DNA of 51,619 bases from an uncultured Acetobacteraceae bacterium (GTDB lineage: Bacteria > Pseudomonadota > Alphaproteobacteria > Acetobacterales > Acetobacteraceae). The notes under the pieces are model-generated. The model was given only the letters and a program-made list of their open reading frames with translations. It was not told the DNA's origin and ran no database searches. Made by a program: the position numbers and the translations under genes. Each line of letters opens with the position of its first letter. The stretch's first letter is position 1. Of the stretch, positions 36,173-44,875 are shown piece after piece. The stretch lies in assembly GCA_964251035.1 (NCBI GenBank), contig CAXUJE010000001.1:1-51619 (forward strand), written 5' to 3'.

Positions 36173-37239
36173 CCGTTGCGGTACGTCCGGGTGGTGTCCA
36201 GGCCGGCGAACTCCGCCACCAGCGTGTAGCCGACGCCCAGCAGGACGGGACCGACGAAGATGCCCAGCAGCCCGAACGCCAGGGCGCCGCCCAGCACGCC
36301 CAGGATGGTCAGCAGAAACGGCAGTTCCGCTCCGCGTGAGATGAAGTAAGGGCGGATGACATTGTCCGACCCACTGATGGCGAACAGCCCATAGGTGCCG
36401 AGGAAGATGCCCCAGCCGGTATGCCCGGTGCTGAGCAGCCAAAGCGTCGCCGGAATCCACACCACCGGCGCGCCGATGGGCAGCACCGACAGGAACCCGG
36501 CCGTGGCGCCCAACAGCAGCGGGCGCGGCACGCCCGACAGCCAAAGCCCGAACGCCGTCAGCAACCCTTGCACGACCGCGGTGCCCAGGATGCCGTACAC
36601 GGTCCCCCGCACGGTCAGCCCGGTCACCGCCACCAGCCGCGCCGCGTGGACGCCCGCGATCCGATGCACGATCCGCTCAAGATAGACGCCCAGGCTGTCG
36701 CCCGACGCCCAAAAGAAGAACGCGATCACCAACGCGATGATGAATTGCAGCAAGCCCCCCGCGATGCCGAGCAGGACGTTCAGCCCGTTCTCCGCGATCA
36801 TGCCGAAATAGGGCTTGAAGAAGCTGACCATGACGCCGAGGTCGGCCGCCCACACGTTCCAGTACTCCGCCAAGGTCGCGCCGACGATCGGAACCCCGCC
36901 CAGCCATCCGGGCGCGCCGGGCAGGCCGCCGCTGAGCGCGGTTTCGATCGAGCTGCGGAGCTGGTTCACGTCGTCCGCGCCGGCGGGCGCGGGCCGCCCC
37001 CGCGGCACGCCGCTCACGCCGGCCGTGAGGAGCCCCCTGATCCCGGCCGCCCAGCCGCGGCTCGCGCGCAGGTGGGTCCGCACCCAGGTGAACACCGGCC
37101 AGGTGGTATAGACCAGGATCGCCGCCCAGAGGATCGCCGACAGGAACGGGTGCAGCACCAGGACGCAGCCGACCGCGACGCCGACAAGCAAAAGCCCCAT
37201 CAGCAGGCGTTCCGCCACCAAGTCCGTGGGCTGCTTCAT
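36169..37239 (-). CDS. AI-2E family (PerM/YdiK-like) transporter
   Basis: PFLSAILWA...TWP, GTAVVQG, DNVIRPYFIS, GVLGGALAFGLLGIFVGP. Confidence 0.9.
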   Translation of the reverse strand: MKQPTDLVAERLLMGLLLVGVAVGCVLVLHPFLSAILWAAILVYTTWPVFTWVRTHLRASRGWAAGIRGLLTAGVSGVPRGRPAPAGADDVNQLRSSIETALSGGLPGAPGWLGGVPIVGATLAEYWNVWAADLGVMVSFFKPYFGMIAENGLNVLLGIAGGLLQFIIALVIAFFFWASGDSLGVYLERIVHRIAGVHAARLVAVTGLTVRGTVYGILGTAVVQGLLTAFGLWLSGVPRPLLLGATAGFLSVLPIGAPVVWIPATLWLLSTGHTGWGIFLGTYGLFAISGSDNVIRPYFISRGAELPFLLTILGVLGGALAFGLLGIFVGPVLLGVGYTLVAEFAGLDTTRTYRNG

Positions 37240-37266
37240 GCCCGGCGGTATCGGCTGCCCATCCCC

Positions 37267-37292
37267 GGAAAGCAACTGGGGAAAGCAACTGG
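37267..37292. repeat. Perfect 13-bp tandem direct repeat GGAAAGCAACTGG x2 in a divergent intergenic region
   Basis: 37267-37279 and 37280-37292 are identical. Confidence 0.85.
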
Positions 37293-37343
37293 TTGTTCTG
37301 GGCCGGGCCGATGGTTAGCCTGCCGCGAAACAGGAGGACCACC

Positions 37344-38123
37344 ATGCCGCGCTTGGCCGCCAATCTCTCGATGATGTTCAACGAGGCGCCCTTCCTTGAG
37401 CGGTTCGACGCCGCCGCGAAGGCCGGGTTCAAGGCCGTCGAGTTCCTGTTCCCTTACGACCACCCGGCCGCCGAGATCCGCCGGCGGCTGGACGGCGCCG
37501 GCTTGCAGCAGGTGCTGTTCAACATGCCGCCGGGCGACTGGGCGGGCGGCGAGCGCGGCATCGCCTGCCTGCCGGGCCGCGGGGCGGAGTTCCGCGACGG
37601 GTTGAAAACCGCCCTGGACTACGCCGGCGCGCTCGGCTGCGGCATGGTCCACTGCATGGCAGGGATCGTGCCCGCCGGGGTGGCGCGCGGCACCGCGGCG
37701 GCGCTGTACGCCGCAAACCTCGCCTGGGCGGCTGAACAGGCGGCGCTGCAGGGGGTGAAGATCGTGATCGAACCCATCAACCACCGCGACATGCCCGGCT
37801 TTTTCCTGAACACCATGGGACAGGGCGCCGACATCGTGGCGGCGCTTGGCTTCGACCGGGTGGGGCTGCAATTCGACATCTATCACTGCCAGGTGACAGA
37901 GGGCGACGTGACCAAGCGCATGGAGGCGCTGCTGCCCAGCATCGCCCACATGCAGTTGGCCGACGTTCCCGGACGTCACGAACCCGGCACCGGCGAGATC
38001 GGCTGGGAGTACGTCCTCGGCCGCATCGATGCGCTGGGATACGCGGGATGGGTCGGTTGCGAGTATCGGCCAGCGGGCGACACGGTGGCGGGGCTGGCGT
38101 GGCGCAAGCGCTATAACGTCTGA
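37344..38123 (+). CDS. hyi: Hydroxypyruvate isomerase / 2-oxo-tetronate isomerase (Hyi/OtnI family)
   Basis: MPRLAANLSMMF, AVEFLFPY, HCMAG, IEPINHRD, FDIYHCQ, ADVPGRHEPGTGEI, GCEYRP; AGGAGG SD. Confidence 0.88.
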   Translation: MPRLAANLSMMFNEAPFLERFDAAAKAGFKAVEFLFPYDHPAAEIRRRLDGAGLQQVLFNMPPGDWAGGERGIACLPGRGAEFRDGLKTALDYAGALGCGMVHCMAGIVPAGVARGTAAALYAANLAWAAEQAALQGVKIVIEPINHRDMPGFFLNTMGQGADIVAALGFDRVGLQFDIYHCQVTEGDVTKRMEALLPSIAHMQLADVPGRHEPGTGEIGWEYVLGRIDALGYAGWVGCEYRPAGDTVAGLAWRKRYNV

Positions 38124-38174
38124 ATTTTAGAGGGCAATGCACGATTTAGGCGGCATATCTCACTTTATTTCTGC

Positions 38175-38208
38175 GAAGTTGATTGTAAGATAACGACGAA
38201 TCAACTTC
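38175..38208. promoter_or_regulatory. Perfect inverted repeat GAAGTTGATT-N14-AATCAACTTC upstream of the XRE regulator (putative operator)
   Basis: 10-bp arms in an AT-rich intergenic island; the spacer contains TAAGAT, a -10-like hexamer. Confidence 0.6.
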
Positions 38209-38276
38209 TGGCTGTTATGAGAGTCGCTTCCGGAAGGGTGGTTGCGGTATCTGCCCTTGCCCGGTTGGAGGTGAGC

Positions 38277-39152
38277 ATGCGGTTTGCAGAAATAGGGCAG
38301 CAGCTTCGGGCGTACCGGCTTGAGTCCGGCTTGCGGGCGGAGGAAATCGCGGCGCGGCTGGGCGTGTCCCGCGCGGCGCTCTACCGCTACGAGAAGGGCG
38401 AGGTCATCAAACTCGACACGGTGCAGCGCCTGGCGGAACTGCTGAAAGTCTCCCCCTTGTCCCTGCTGGGTATCGGGGTCGAGTACTACAGCCGCTCCGT
38501 GGGCTACTTCGAACGCATCCGGCAGATCGAGGAGTCGGCCGACCAGGTGCTGCAAGCCTATGGCGCGTGCCTGTATCTCATCACCTCGGACGCCTTCGAC
38601 GCGGCCATCGCCGATGGCCTGAGCGAAGCCGCCAACCAGCCCGGCACCGAGACTGCGGCGTTCCGCACCAACGCCGACCAGGTTCTCGGCATCCTCGCCG
38701 CACGGAAGCGGATCTACGCGCAGCGCCGCCCGGGGATCATCGCGATCCTGTCCCCGCAGGCGATCCAGAGCTTCCTCAGCCTGGGCGTGCTCGGCAGCCT
38801 CAAGCTGTCGGACGCGCTGCGGGCGCGCTGCCGCCGGGTCGCCATGGCGGAGGTGCAGAACATCGCCGACCTGATGGAAACCGAGCCGATGGGGCTGCAA
38901 TTCGGCTTGCTCGCCTCCAGCGAGACGGCGAGCGGGTTCAGCATCTTCCGCACGCGCGACCGCGCTACCCTGGCCGCCAACCCGTTCCATGCCGACGGCC
39001 TGCCGTCGGCGCAGACCGGGGTCGCCATGATCACCGGCGCCGATGAGGCCATCGCCGCCCACCAGCGCGTCGCCGAGGCCATGTGGCGGGATGCCGTGAA
39101 AGGCCCCGCTGCCGCGGCGCGCCTGCGGGAGCTGCTCGCGAGCCGGGATTAG
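38277..39152 (+). CDS. XRE-family HTH transcriptional regulator with a large C-terminal domain
   Basis: IGQQLRAYRLESGLRAEEIAARLGVSRAALYRYEKG...LAELLKVS; GGAGG SD before ATG 38277. Confidence 0.9.
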   Translation: MRFAEIGQQLRAYRLESGLRAEEIAARLGVSRAALYRYEKGEVIKLDTVQRLAELLKVSPLSLLGIGVEYYSRSVGYFERIRQIEESADQVLQAYGACLYLITSDAFDAAIADGLSEAANQPGTETAAFRTNADQVLGILAARKRIYAQRRPGIIAILSPQAIQSFLSLGVLGSLKLSDALRARCRRVAMAEVQNIADLMETEPMGLQFGLLASSETASGFSIFRTRDRATLAANPFHADGLPSAQTGVAMITGADEAIAAHQRVAEAMWRDAVKGPAAAARLRELLASRD

Positions 39153-39210
39153 CGCGGGCTTTATCGACGCGGGTGGTTCCAATGGCGTCCGTGCCGATCT
39201 AGGGTCGGTC

Positions 39211-39843
39211 ATGGCCACCATCCCCCCCCACCCCGACATGCAGATCGTCTCGAACGAGACTGCGTGGAAGGGGCGATTCTCTGTCGAGCTGGTCAAGTTC
39301 CGCCAGCGCCGGTTCGACGGCGCGATGTCCGGGGTACGCAGTTGGGAGCTGCTGTGCCGCGGCCGTGCCGCGGCCGTGCTGCCTTATGATCCCGTGACCG
39401 ACCAGGTGGCGCTGATCGAGCAGTTCCGCCTGCCTGCGCTCGTCGCTGGCCTGGAGCCGGTGATGGTCGAAATCCCCGCCGGCCTTTGCGACGGCGCCGA
39501 GGACCCGGCCGCAACCGCGGCGCGGGAAGCGCGGGAGGAAACGGGCCTCCCAGTCGATCTGCTGGAACGCATAGGGGATTTCCTGCTCACCCCCGGCGCC
39601 TCCGACGAGCGTTGCACCATGTTCGCCGGCCGCCTCCACGCGCCGGAGGCGGGGCCGGACGGCATCATCGGCCAGGGCGGCCTGGATGCTGAACAAGAGG
39701 ACATCCGCGTCCGCCTGCATCCCGCCGCGGACGCCATCGAGGCCGCGTCCGCCGGGCGCTATGCCAACTCTGTCACCGCCATCGCCTTGCTCTGGCTTGC
39801 GGTGAAGCGGGATTGGCTGCGGACGCGGTGGGCCGGACGGTGA
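39211..39843 (+). CDS. nudF: NUDIX hydrolase, ADP-ribose pyrophosphatase-like
   Basis: AAVLPYDP, LIEQFR, Nudix box EIPAGLCDGAEDPAATAAREAREETG, TPGASDE, EDIRV. Confidence 0.85.
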   Translation: MATIPPHPDMQIVSNETAWKGRFSVELVKFRQRRFDGAMSGVRSWELLCRGRAAAVLPYDPVTDQVALIEQFRLPALVAGLEPVMVEIPAGLCDGAEDPAATAAREAREETGLPVDLLERIGDFLLTPGASDERCTMFAGRLHAPEAGPDGIIGQGGLDAEQEDIRVRLHPAADAIEAASAGRYANSVTAIALLWLAVKRDWLRTRWAGR

Positions 39844-39877
39844 CGCTGCGCCCGCCTGCCGGAAGGGACGCCTGAGC

Positions 39878-40708
39878 ATGGACCCGCTCGTCACCACGGA
39901 ATGGCTGGCAGGCCAGCTCGGCTCCGCAGACCTCGTCGTGTTCGACGCGACGAAGTTTCTGCCGGGCGAGGGCAAGGACGGCGCCGTGGAGTTCGCCCGC
40001 GCCCACATCCCCGGCGCCCGCTTCTTCGACATCGACGCCATCGCCGACCCCGACACGACGCTGCCGCACATGGTGCCGTCGTCCGGCCGGTTCGAACGGC
40101 TCATGGGCGAACTCGGGGTGTCGGACGCGAGCCGGGTGGTGTTCTATGACCAGAAGGGCATCGCGTCCTCGCCGCGCGGCTGGTGGATGATGGGGCTGTT
40201 CGGCCATGACCAGGCCTTCGTGCTGGATGGCGGGCTGCCGAAATGGCAGCGGGAAGGCCGACCGATCGAGGCCGGCCCGCCGAGGCCGCCCGTGCCTGCC
40301 ACGTTCGGGGCGAGCCTTCGTGCGGCCCGCCTGCGCGGGATCGGCGACATGCTGGCAGGCGCCGATGACTTGGTGCTGGACGCACGGCCGGCCGGGCGCT
40401 TCGCCGGCTCCGCCCCGGAGCCGCGGGCGGGGCTGCCCAGCGGCCACATCCCGGGCAGCCGCAACGTGCCGTCCGCGAGCCTGCTGCATCCGGACGGCAC
40501 CATGCTCGACCCGGCTGCCCTGCGCGCCGCCTTTGCCGCCGTGGGCGCAGACAGCGCGCGCTCCGTCGTCACGAGCTGCGGCTCGGGGATCACCGCGACC
40601 ATATTGAGCCTCGGGCTGCTGCGCGCCGGGCTGCCGCAGGGCGCGGTGTATGACGGCTCCTGGACCGAATGGGCCGGGCGGCCCGACACCATGAAAGAAA
40701 CCGATTGA
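39878..40708 (+). CDS. sseA: 3-mercaptopyruvate sulfurtransferase (two-domain rhodanese)
   Basis: LVTTEWL, HIPGARFFD, VLDGGL, DARP...RF...EPR...GHIPGS, active site CGSGITA, YDGSWTEW. Confidence 0.93.
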   Translation: MDPLVTTEWLAGQLGSADLVVFDATKFLPGEGKDGAVEFARAHIPGARFFDIDAIADPDTTLPHMVPSSGRFERLMGELGVSDASRVVFYDQKGIASSPRGWWMMGLFGHDQAFVLDGGLPKWQREGRPIEAGPPRPPVPATFGASLRAARLRGIGDMLAGADDLVLDARPAGRFAGSAPEPRAGLPSGHIPGSRNVPSASLLHPDGTMLDPAALRAAFAAVGADSARSVVTSCGSGITATILSLGLLRAGLPQGAVYDGSWTEWAGRPDTMKETD

Positions 40709-41919
40709 TGCCCGACGACCAAGCCCCCCGCAGCCGTCCACAGGCGCTGGCAACCCGCCTGTCCCATGCCGGACGTGCCGGCACGCGGGTGCGCGGCTTC
40801 GTGAACCCGCCGCTGCTGCGCGGCTCCACCATGCTGTACCCGAATTGCCAGGAGCGGCAGGCCGCCAACGCGACCCGGCTGGACCAGGCGCTGAACTACG
40901 GCGTGATGGGCAACCCCACGCACCACGCGCTGGAGGACGTGATCGCGGAGATCGAGGGCGGCACGCGCTGCCAGATCGTCTCCTCCGGCCTCGCCGCGGT
41001 GACGACGCCGCTGCTGGCCTACCTGAAAGCCGGCAACCACTGCCTGGTGCCCGACAGCGTTTATGGCCCGACCCGGGTGTTCTGCGACGGCATGCTGGCC
41101 CGGCTGGGGATCGAGACGACCTACTACCGCGCGGACATCGACGCGGCGGGGATCGCCGCGCTGATGCGCCCGAATACCGCGGTGCTTTACCTCGAAAGCC
41201 CCGGCAGCCACACCTTCGAGGTGCAGGACGTGCCCGCGCTTTCCCAGGCCGCCCACGCCCGCGGCACCAAGGTGCTGATGGACAACACCTGGGGCATCCA
41301 CTTCTTCCAGCCGTTCCAGCACGGCGTGGACGTGTCGATCCAGGCGCTCACCAAGTACGTCGTCGGCCATTCGGACGTGCTGCTGGGCGGCGTGACCACG
41401 GCCACCGACGAGGACTGGGAGCGGGTGCGCATGACCGCCTTGGCGCTCGGTCAGTATGCCAGTCCCGACGACTGCTGGCTGGCGCTCCGCGGCGTGCGGA
41501 CCATGGGCGTGCGGCTGCAGCACCAGATGCGGTCCGGCCTCGCCGTTGCCGAGTGGTTTGCCGGGCGTCCGGAAGTGGCGGGGGTGCTGCACCCTGCCCT
41601 GCCTGGCGCCCCGGGCCATGATCTGTGGAAACGCGACTTCACCGGCGCGTGCAGCCTGTTCGGCGTGGTGTTCCAGCCGGAATTCAGCACGGCCGCGGCC
41701 TGCGCCATGATCGACAGCCTGGAGCTGTTCGGCATCGGCGCAAGCTGGGGCGGCTTTGAAAGCCTGGTGCTGCCGACCACGGGCCACGTCGTGCGCACCG
41801 CCGGCGCCTGGGACTACGACGGCCCGCTGGTGCGGTTCCACATCGGGCTGGAGGACGCCGGCGACCTGATCGCCGACCTCGGCCGCGGCATGGCCGTGCT
41901 GCGGTCGCACCCCGGATAA
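40708..41919 (+). CDS. metC: Cystathionine beta-lyase
   Basis: [29 protein letters not shown] (PLP lysine), [10 protein letters not shown]; TGATG overlap with sseA. Confidence 0.92.
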   Translation: MPDDQAPRSRPQALATRLSHAGRAGTRVRGFVNPPLLRGSTMLYPNCQERQAANATRLDQALNYGVMGNPTHHALEDVIAEIEGGTRCQIVSSGLAAVTTPLLAYLKAGNHCLVPDSVYGPTRVFCDGMLARLGIETTYYRADIDAAGIAALMRPNTAVLYLESPGSHTFEVQDVPALSQAAHARGTKVLMDNTWGIHFFQPFQHGVDVSIQALTKYVVGHSDVLLGGVTTATDEDWERVRMTALALGQYASPDDCWLALRGVRTMGVRLQHQMRSGLAVAEWFAGRPEVAGVLHPALPGAPGHDLWKRDFTGACSLFGVVFQPEFSTAAACAMIDSLELFGIGASWGGFESLVLPTTGHVVRTAGAWDYDGPLVRFHIGLEDAGDLIADLGRGMAVLRSHPG

Positions 41920-42296
41920 TGACGGTGCTGGATGAAATCCGCTTCGACTCCGCGGGCCTCGTGGCGGCGGTGGCGCAGCAGCACGACACCGGCGAGGTGC
42001 TGATGCTGGCCTGGATGAACCGCGACGCGGTGGCGGAGACGCTGGCGACCGGTCGCGTCTGCTACTGGAGCCGCAGCCGCGGCGCGCTGTGGCGCAAGGG
42101 CGAGACCTCCGGGCAGACGCAACGCCTGGTCGAGCTGCGGGTCGATTGCGATGGCGACTCGCTGCTGCTGCGGGTGGACCAGCACGGTGTTGCCTGCCAC
42201 ACCGGGCACCGGTCCTGCTTCTACCGCGCGGCGCAGGGCGACGCTCTGGTCGAAACCACGGCGGTGCTGGTCGCGCCCGCGGATCTCTATGGCTGA
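41919..42296 (+). CDS. hisI: Phosphoribosyl-AMP cyclohydrolase
   Basis: [33 protein letters not shown]...SCF; TAATG overlap with metC. Confidence 0.95.
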   Translation: MTVLDEIRFDSAGLVAAVAQQHDTGEVLMLAWMNRDAVAETLATGRVCYWSRSRGALWRKGETSGQTQRLVELRVDCDGDSLLLRVDQHGVACHTGHRSCFYRAAQGDALVETTAVLVAPADLYG

Positions 42297-42586
42297 ACCG
42301 GCTCGGCCCGCAGGACGGCGGCGACGGGCAGCGGGCCATAAAGGTGCGGGAAGGCATCGCGGCCGGGTTCGCTGACTTCCCAACGCAGGTCGCCGAGCAT
42401 CGCCGGGTCAATGTGCAGCAGCACCAGGCCGGTCCGCCCGGCGAAGTGCCGGCCCAGGACGTACTCAAGCTGCGCGGACGTGCATAGGTGCAGGAAGCCG
42501 TCCTCTGCCAGCATGGGCGGCGCATGCAGGCCGGACTGCTGGGCCTCCGCCCAGGCTTCCGCCGCAGTGACGTGCAGCAAGTTCAT
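42287..42586 (-). CDS. DUF952-family protein
   Basis: [27 protein letters not shown]; start could be 42586 (GGAGG SD) or 42598. Confidence 0.85.
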   Translation of the reverse strand: MNLLHVTAAEAWAEAQQSGLHAPPMLAEDGFLHLCTSAQLEYVLGRHFAGRTGLVLLHIDPAMLGDLRWEVSEPGRDAFPHLYGPLPVAAVLRAEPVQP

Positions 42587-42663
42587 CGGTGCCTCCATCC
42601 CGTCCGGTTGCGCCGGCTCGGGTGCTCTCCTATGCAGTCCGGCATGGTTCCTGGCAACCCGCG

Positions 42664-43830
42664 ATGCCGCTGATCTATCTCGTCGCCGGAGAGGCCAGCG
42701 GCGACGTGCTGGGCGCCCGCCTGATGGCCGCCATCCGCGCCCAGCGCCCCGGCGCCGAGTTCGCCGGCATCGGCGGCCCCCGGATGGCCGAGCAGGGCCT
42801 CGACAGCCTGTATCCCCTGGCTGACCTCGCGGTGATGGGCATCATTGAGGTGCTGCCCCGCGTGCGCCTGCTGCGCCGCCGCTTGGGGGAGACGCTTGCC
42901 GACATCGCGCGCCTCAAGCCGGACGTGATCGTCACCATCGACAGCCCCGGCTTCACCCACCGCATCCTGGCGGCCGCGGCGAAGCTTGGCACCCCGCGCG
43001 TGCACTACGTGGCGCCGCAGGTCTGGGCCTGGCGCGCGCACCGGGTGCGGCGTTACCCGGGCCTGTGGGACAAGCTGCTCTGCCTCCTGCCGTTCGAGCC
43101 GGCCTGGTTCGCGCAGCACGACCTTCCCGCCACCTTCGTCGGCCACCCCGTGCTGGAGTCCGGCGCCGGTCAGGGCGACGGCACCCGGTTCCGGCAGGCG
43201 CACGGCTTGGACCCGCGGCAGCCGGTGCTGATCCTGATGCCCGGCAGCCGCCGGTCGGAAGCGCCACGCCTGCTCCCGGTGTTCGGCGCCACGCTGAAGC
43301 GCCTGGCGCTGCACGAGCCGGCGCTGCGCCCGGTGCTCCCGGTCTCGCCCGCCGTCGCCGACGTCGTGCGCCGCGCCGCCGCAAGCTGGCCGGTCCAGCC
43401 GCTGGTCGTCACCGAGCTGGCCGACAAGCACGACGCCTACGCCGCCGCCTCGGCCGCGCTCACCAAGTCCGGCACCTCGACGCTCGAGCTGGCGCTGGCC
43501 GGGGTGCCGATGGCCGTGACCTACCGGGTCAACCCGATGTCCGCCGCCATGGCCCGGCGCATGATCCGCGTGCCCCACGTCGCGATGCTCAACCTGCTGG
43601 CCGGCCGCCCCGTCGTGCCGGAGCTGCTGCAGCAGGACTGCACGGCCGAGACGCTGGGCCGACACGCGCTCGACCTGCTGCGGGGCGGCCCGGCGGCGAC
43701 GGCGCAGCGCGATGCCTTCCCCAGCATCCTGGACAGCCTGCGCCCTCCCGAAGGCATGCCGTCAGAGGCCGCCGCCCGCGAGGTGCTGGAGGTCATGGAT
43801 CAGGCCGGACGCCAGCGCCCGGCGGCGTGA
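42664..43830 (+). CDS. lpxB: Lipid-A-disaccharide synthase
   Basis: VAGEASGDVLG, GIGGPRM, TIDSPGF, YVAPQVWAWR, LLPFEP, FVGHP, MPGSRRSE, SGTSTLE, PELLQ. Confidence 0.96.
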   Translation: MPLIYLVAGEASGDVLGARLMAAIRAQRPGAEFAGIGGPRMAEQGLDSLYPLADLAVMGIIEVLPRVRLLRRRLGETLADIARLKPDVIVTIDSPGFTHRILAAAAKLGTPRVHYVAPQVWAWRAHRVRRYPGLWDKLLCLLPFEPAWFAQHDLPATFVGHPVLESGAGQGDGTRFRQAHGLDPRQPVLILMPGSRRSEAPRLLPVFGATLKRLALHEPALRPVLPVSPAVADVVRRAAASWPVQPLVVTELADKHDAYAAASAALTKSGTSTLELALAGVPMAVTYRVNPMSAAMARRMIRVPHVAMLNLLAGRPVVPELLQQDCTAETLGRHALDLLRGGPAATAQRDAFPSILDSLRPPEGMPSEAAAREVLEVMDQAGRQRPAA

Positions 43831-44769
43831 CGCCTCCATGCTTTCGGCCACGTCCAGCGCCGCCGACAGCGCGCGGCGCCCGGCGGCGGCGTCGACCACC
43901 ACCGGCGCGCCGTCGAGACATGCGGCGACGAAGGCCTCATGCTCCGCCGCCATGGCGTCGCCCTCCGTCCAGTTGACCTCTTCCCGCCGGTAGCCGCCGG
44001 TGCCGGGCAAGGGCAGGCCGCGCTCCCGACCGATCATCACCAGCTTGCGCGCCACGAAGTCCGCCGAAAGGTAGCCCTCCTGCGAGAACAGCCGCATCTT
44101 CCGCTCGGTCTTAAGCGAAATCCGGCTCGCGGTGATCGTGGCGACGCAGCCGTTCTCGAACCGCACCCGGGCGTTGGCGATGTCCTCAAGCGGGCTGGAT
44201 ACCGCGGCGCCCACCGCGTCCACGCTGCTGATCGGGCTGTCCACCAAGGCGAGCACGAGGTCGAGGTCGTGGATCATCAGGTCGAGGATCACCGACACGT
44301 CGGTGCCGCGCGGCTTGTAGGGGGCGATCCGCGCGGCCTCGATATACAGCGGCCGGGCAATCCGGGCCGAGATGGCGCGGTGTTCCGCCGAGTAGCGCAG
44401 CAGGTGGCCGACTTGCAGCACCAGCTTGCGGTTCCGGCCCTGTGCCGCCAAAGCGTCGGCCTGCGCCAGCGTCTCGGCAATCGGCTTCTCGATCAGCACA
44501 TGCCGCCCTGCCTCCAATGCCTGCGTCGCCAGCTCGAAATGCGCTTCCGCCGGGGCCGCCACGATCACGGCGTCGCTGGCCGACAGCAGCTCGGCCCATG
44601 GCATCGCCGCGGCACCCCCGGCCTCCCGCCCGACTGCGGCGGCGCGGGCGTGGTCCGGGTCGAACAGACCTGCCAGCACGGCGCGGGAGCTTTTCGCGAC
44701 CTTCAGCGCATGGAACCGCCCGAAGTGCCCGGCGCCGGCGATGCCGATGCGCAGTGGATGCTGGATCAT
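43762..44769 (-). CDS. Gfo/Idh/MocA oxidoreductase (GnnA-like UDP-GlcNAc 3-dehydrogenase candidate)
   Basis: GAGHFGRFHA, HVLIEKP, QVGH, RGTDVSVILDLMIHDLD, DIANARVRFENG, TASRIS. Confidence 0.85.
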   Translation of the reverse strand: MIQHPLRIGIAGAGHFGRFHALKVAKSSRAVLAGLFDPDHARAAAVGREAGGAAAMPWAELLSASDAVIVAAPAEAHFELATQALEAGRHVLIEKPIAETLAQADALAAQGRNRKLVLQVGHLLRYSAEHRAISARIARPLYIEAARIAPYKPRGTDVSVILDLMIHDLDLVLALVDSPISSVDAVGAAVSSPLEDIANARVRFENGCVATITASRISLKTERKMRLFSQEGYLSADFVARKLVMIGRERGLPLPGTGGYRREEVNWTEGDAMAAEHEAFVAACLDGAPVVVDAAAGRRALSAALDVAESMEASRRRALASGLIHDLQHLAGGGL

Positions 44770-44875
44770 GCCCCGCTGTAGCAGTCCCGGCCCCCTGCGG
44801 CCAAGGCGCAGGCTTGCGTCCGCCAGGGGACCTCGGCATACCCGGGGCCTTCGCAGCCGAGGACCCACGCCCGCC

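Noticed and set aside
38179-38204. TTGAT...ATCAA resembling an FNR/FixK box
   Set aside because: The half-sites are 16 nt apart, not 4.
44770-44875. Expected yajC upstream of secD
   Set aside because: Only 106 bp of divergent intergenic DNA is present. yajC is absent here, which is a common variation.
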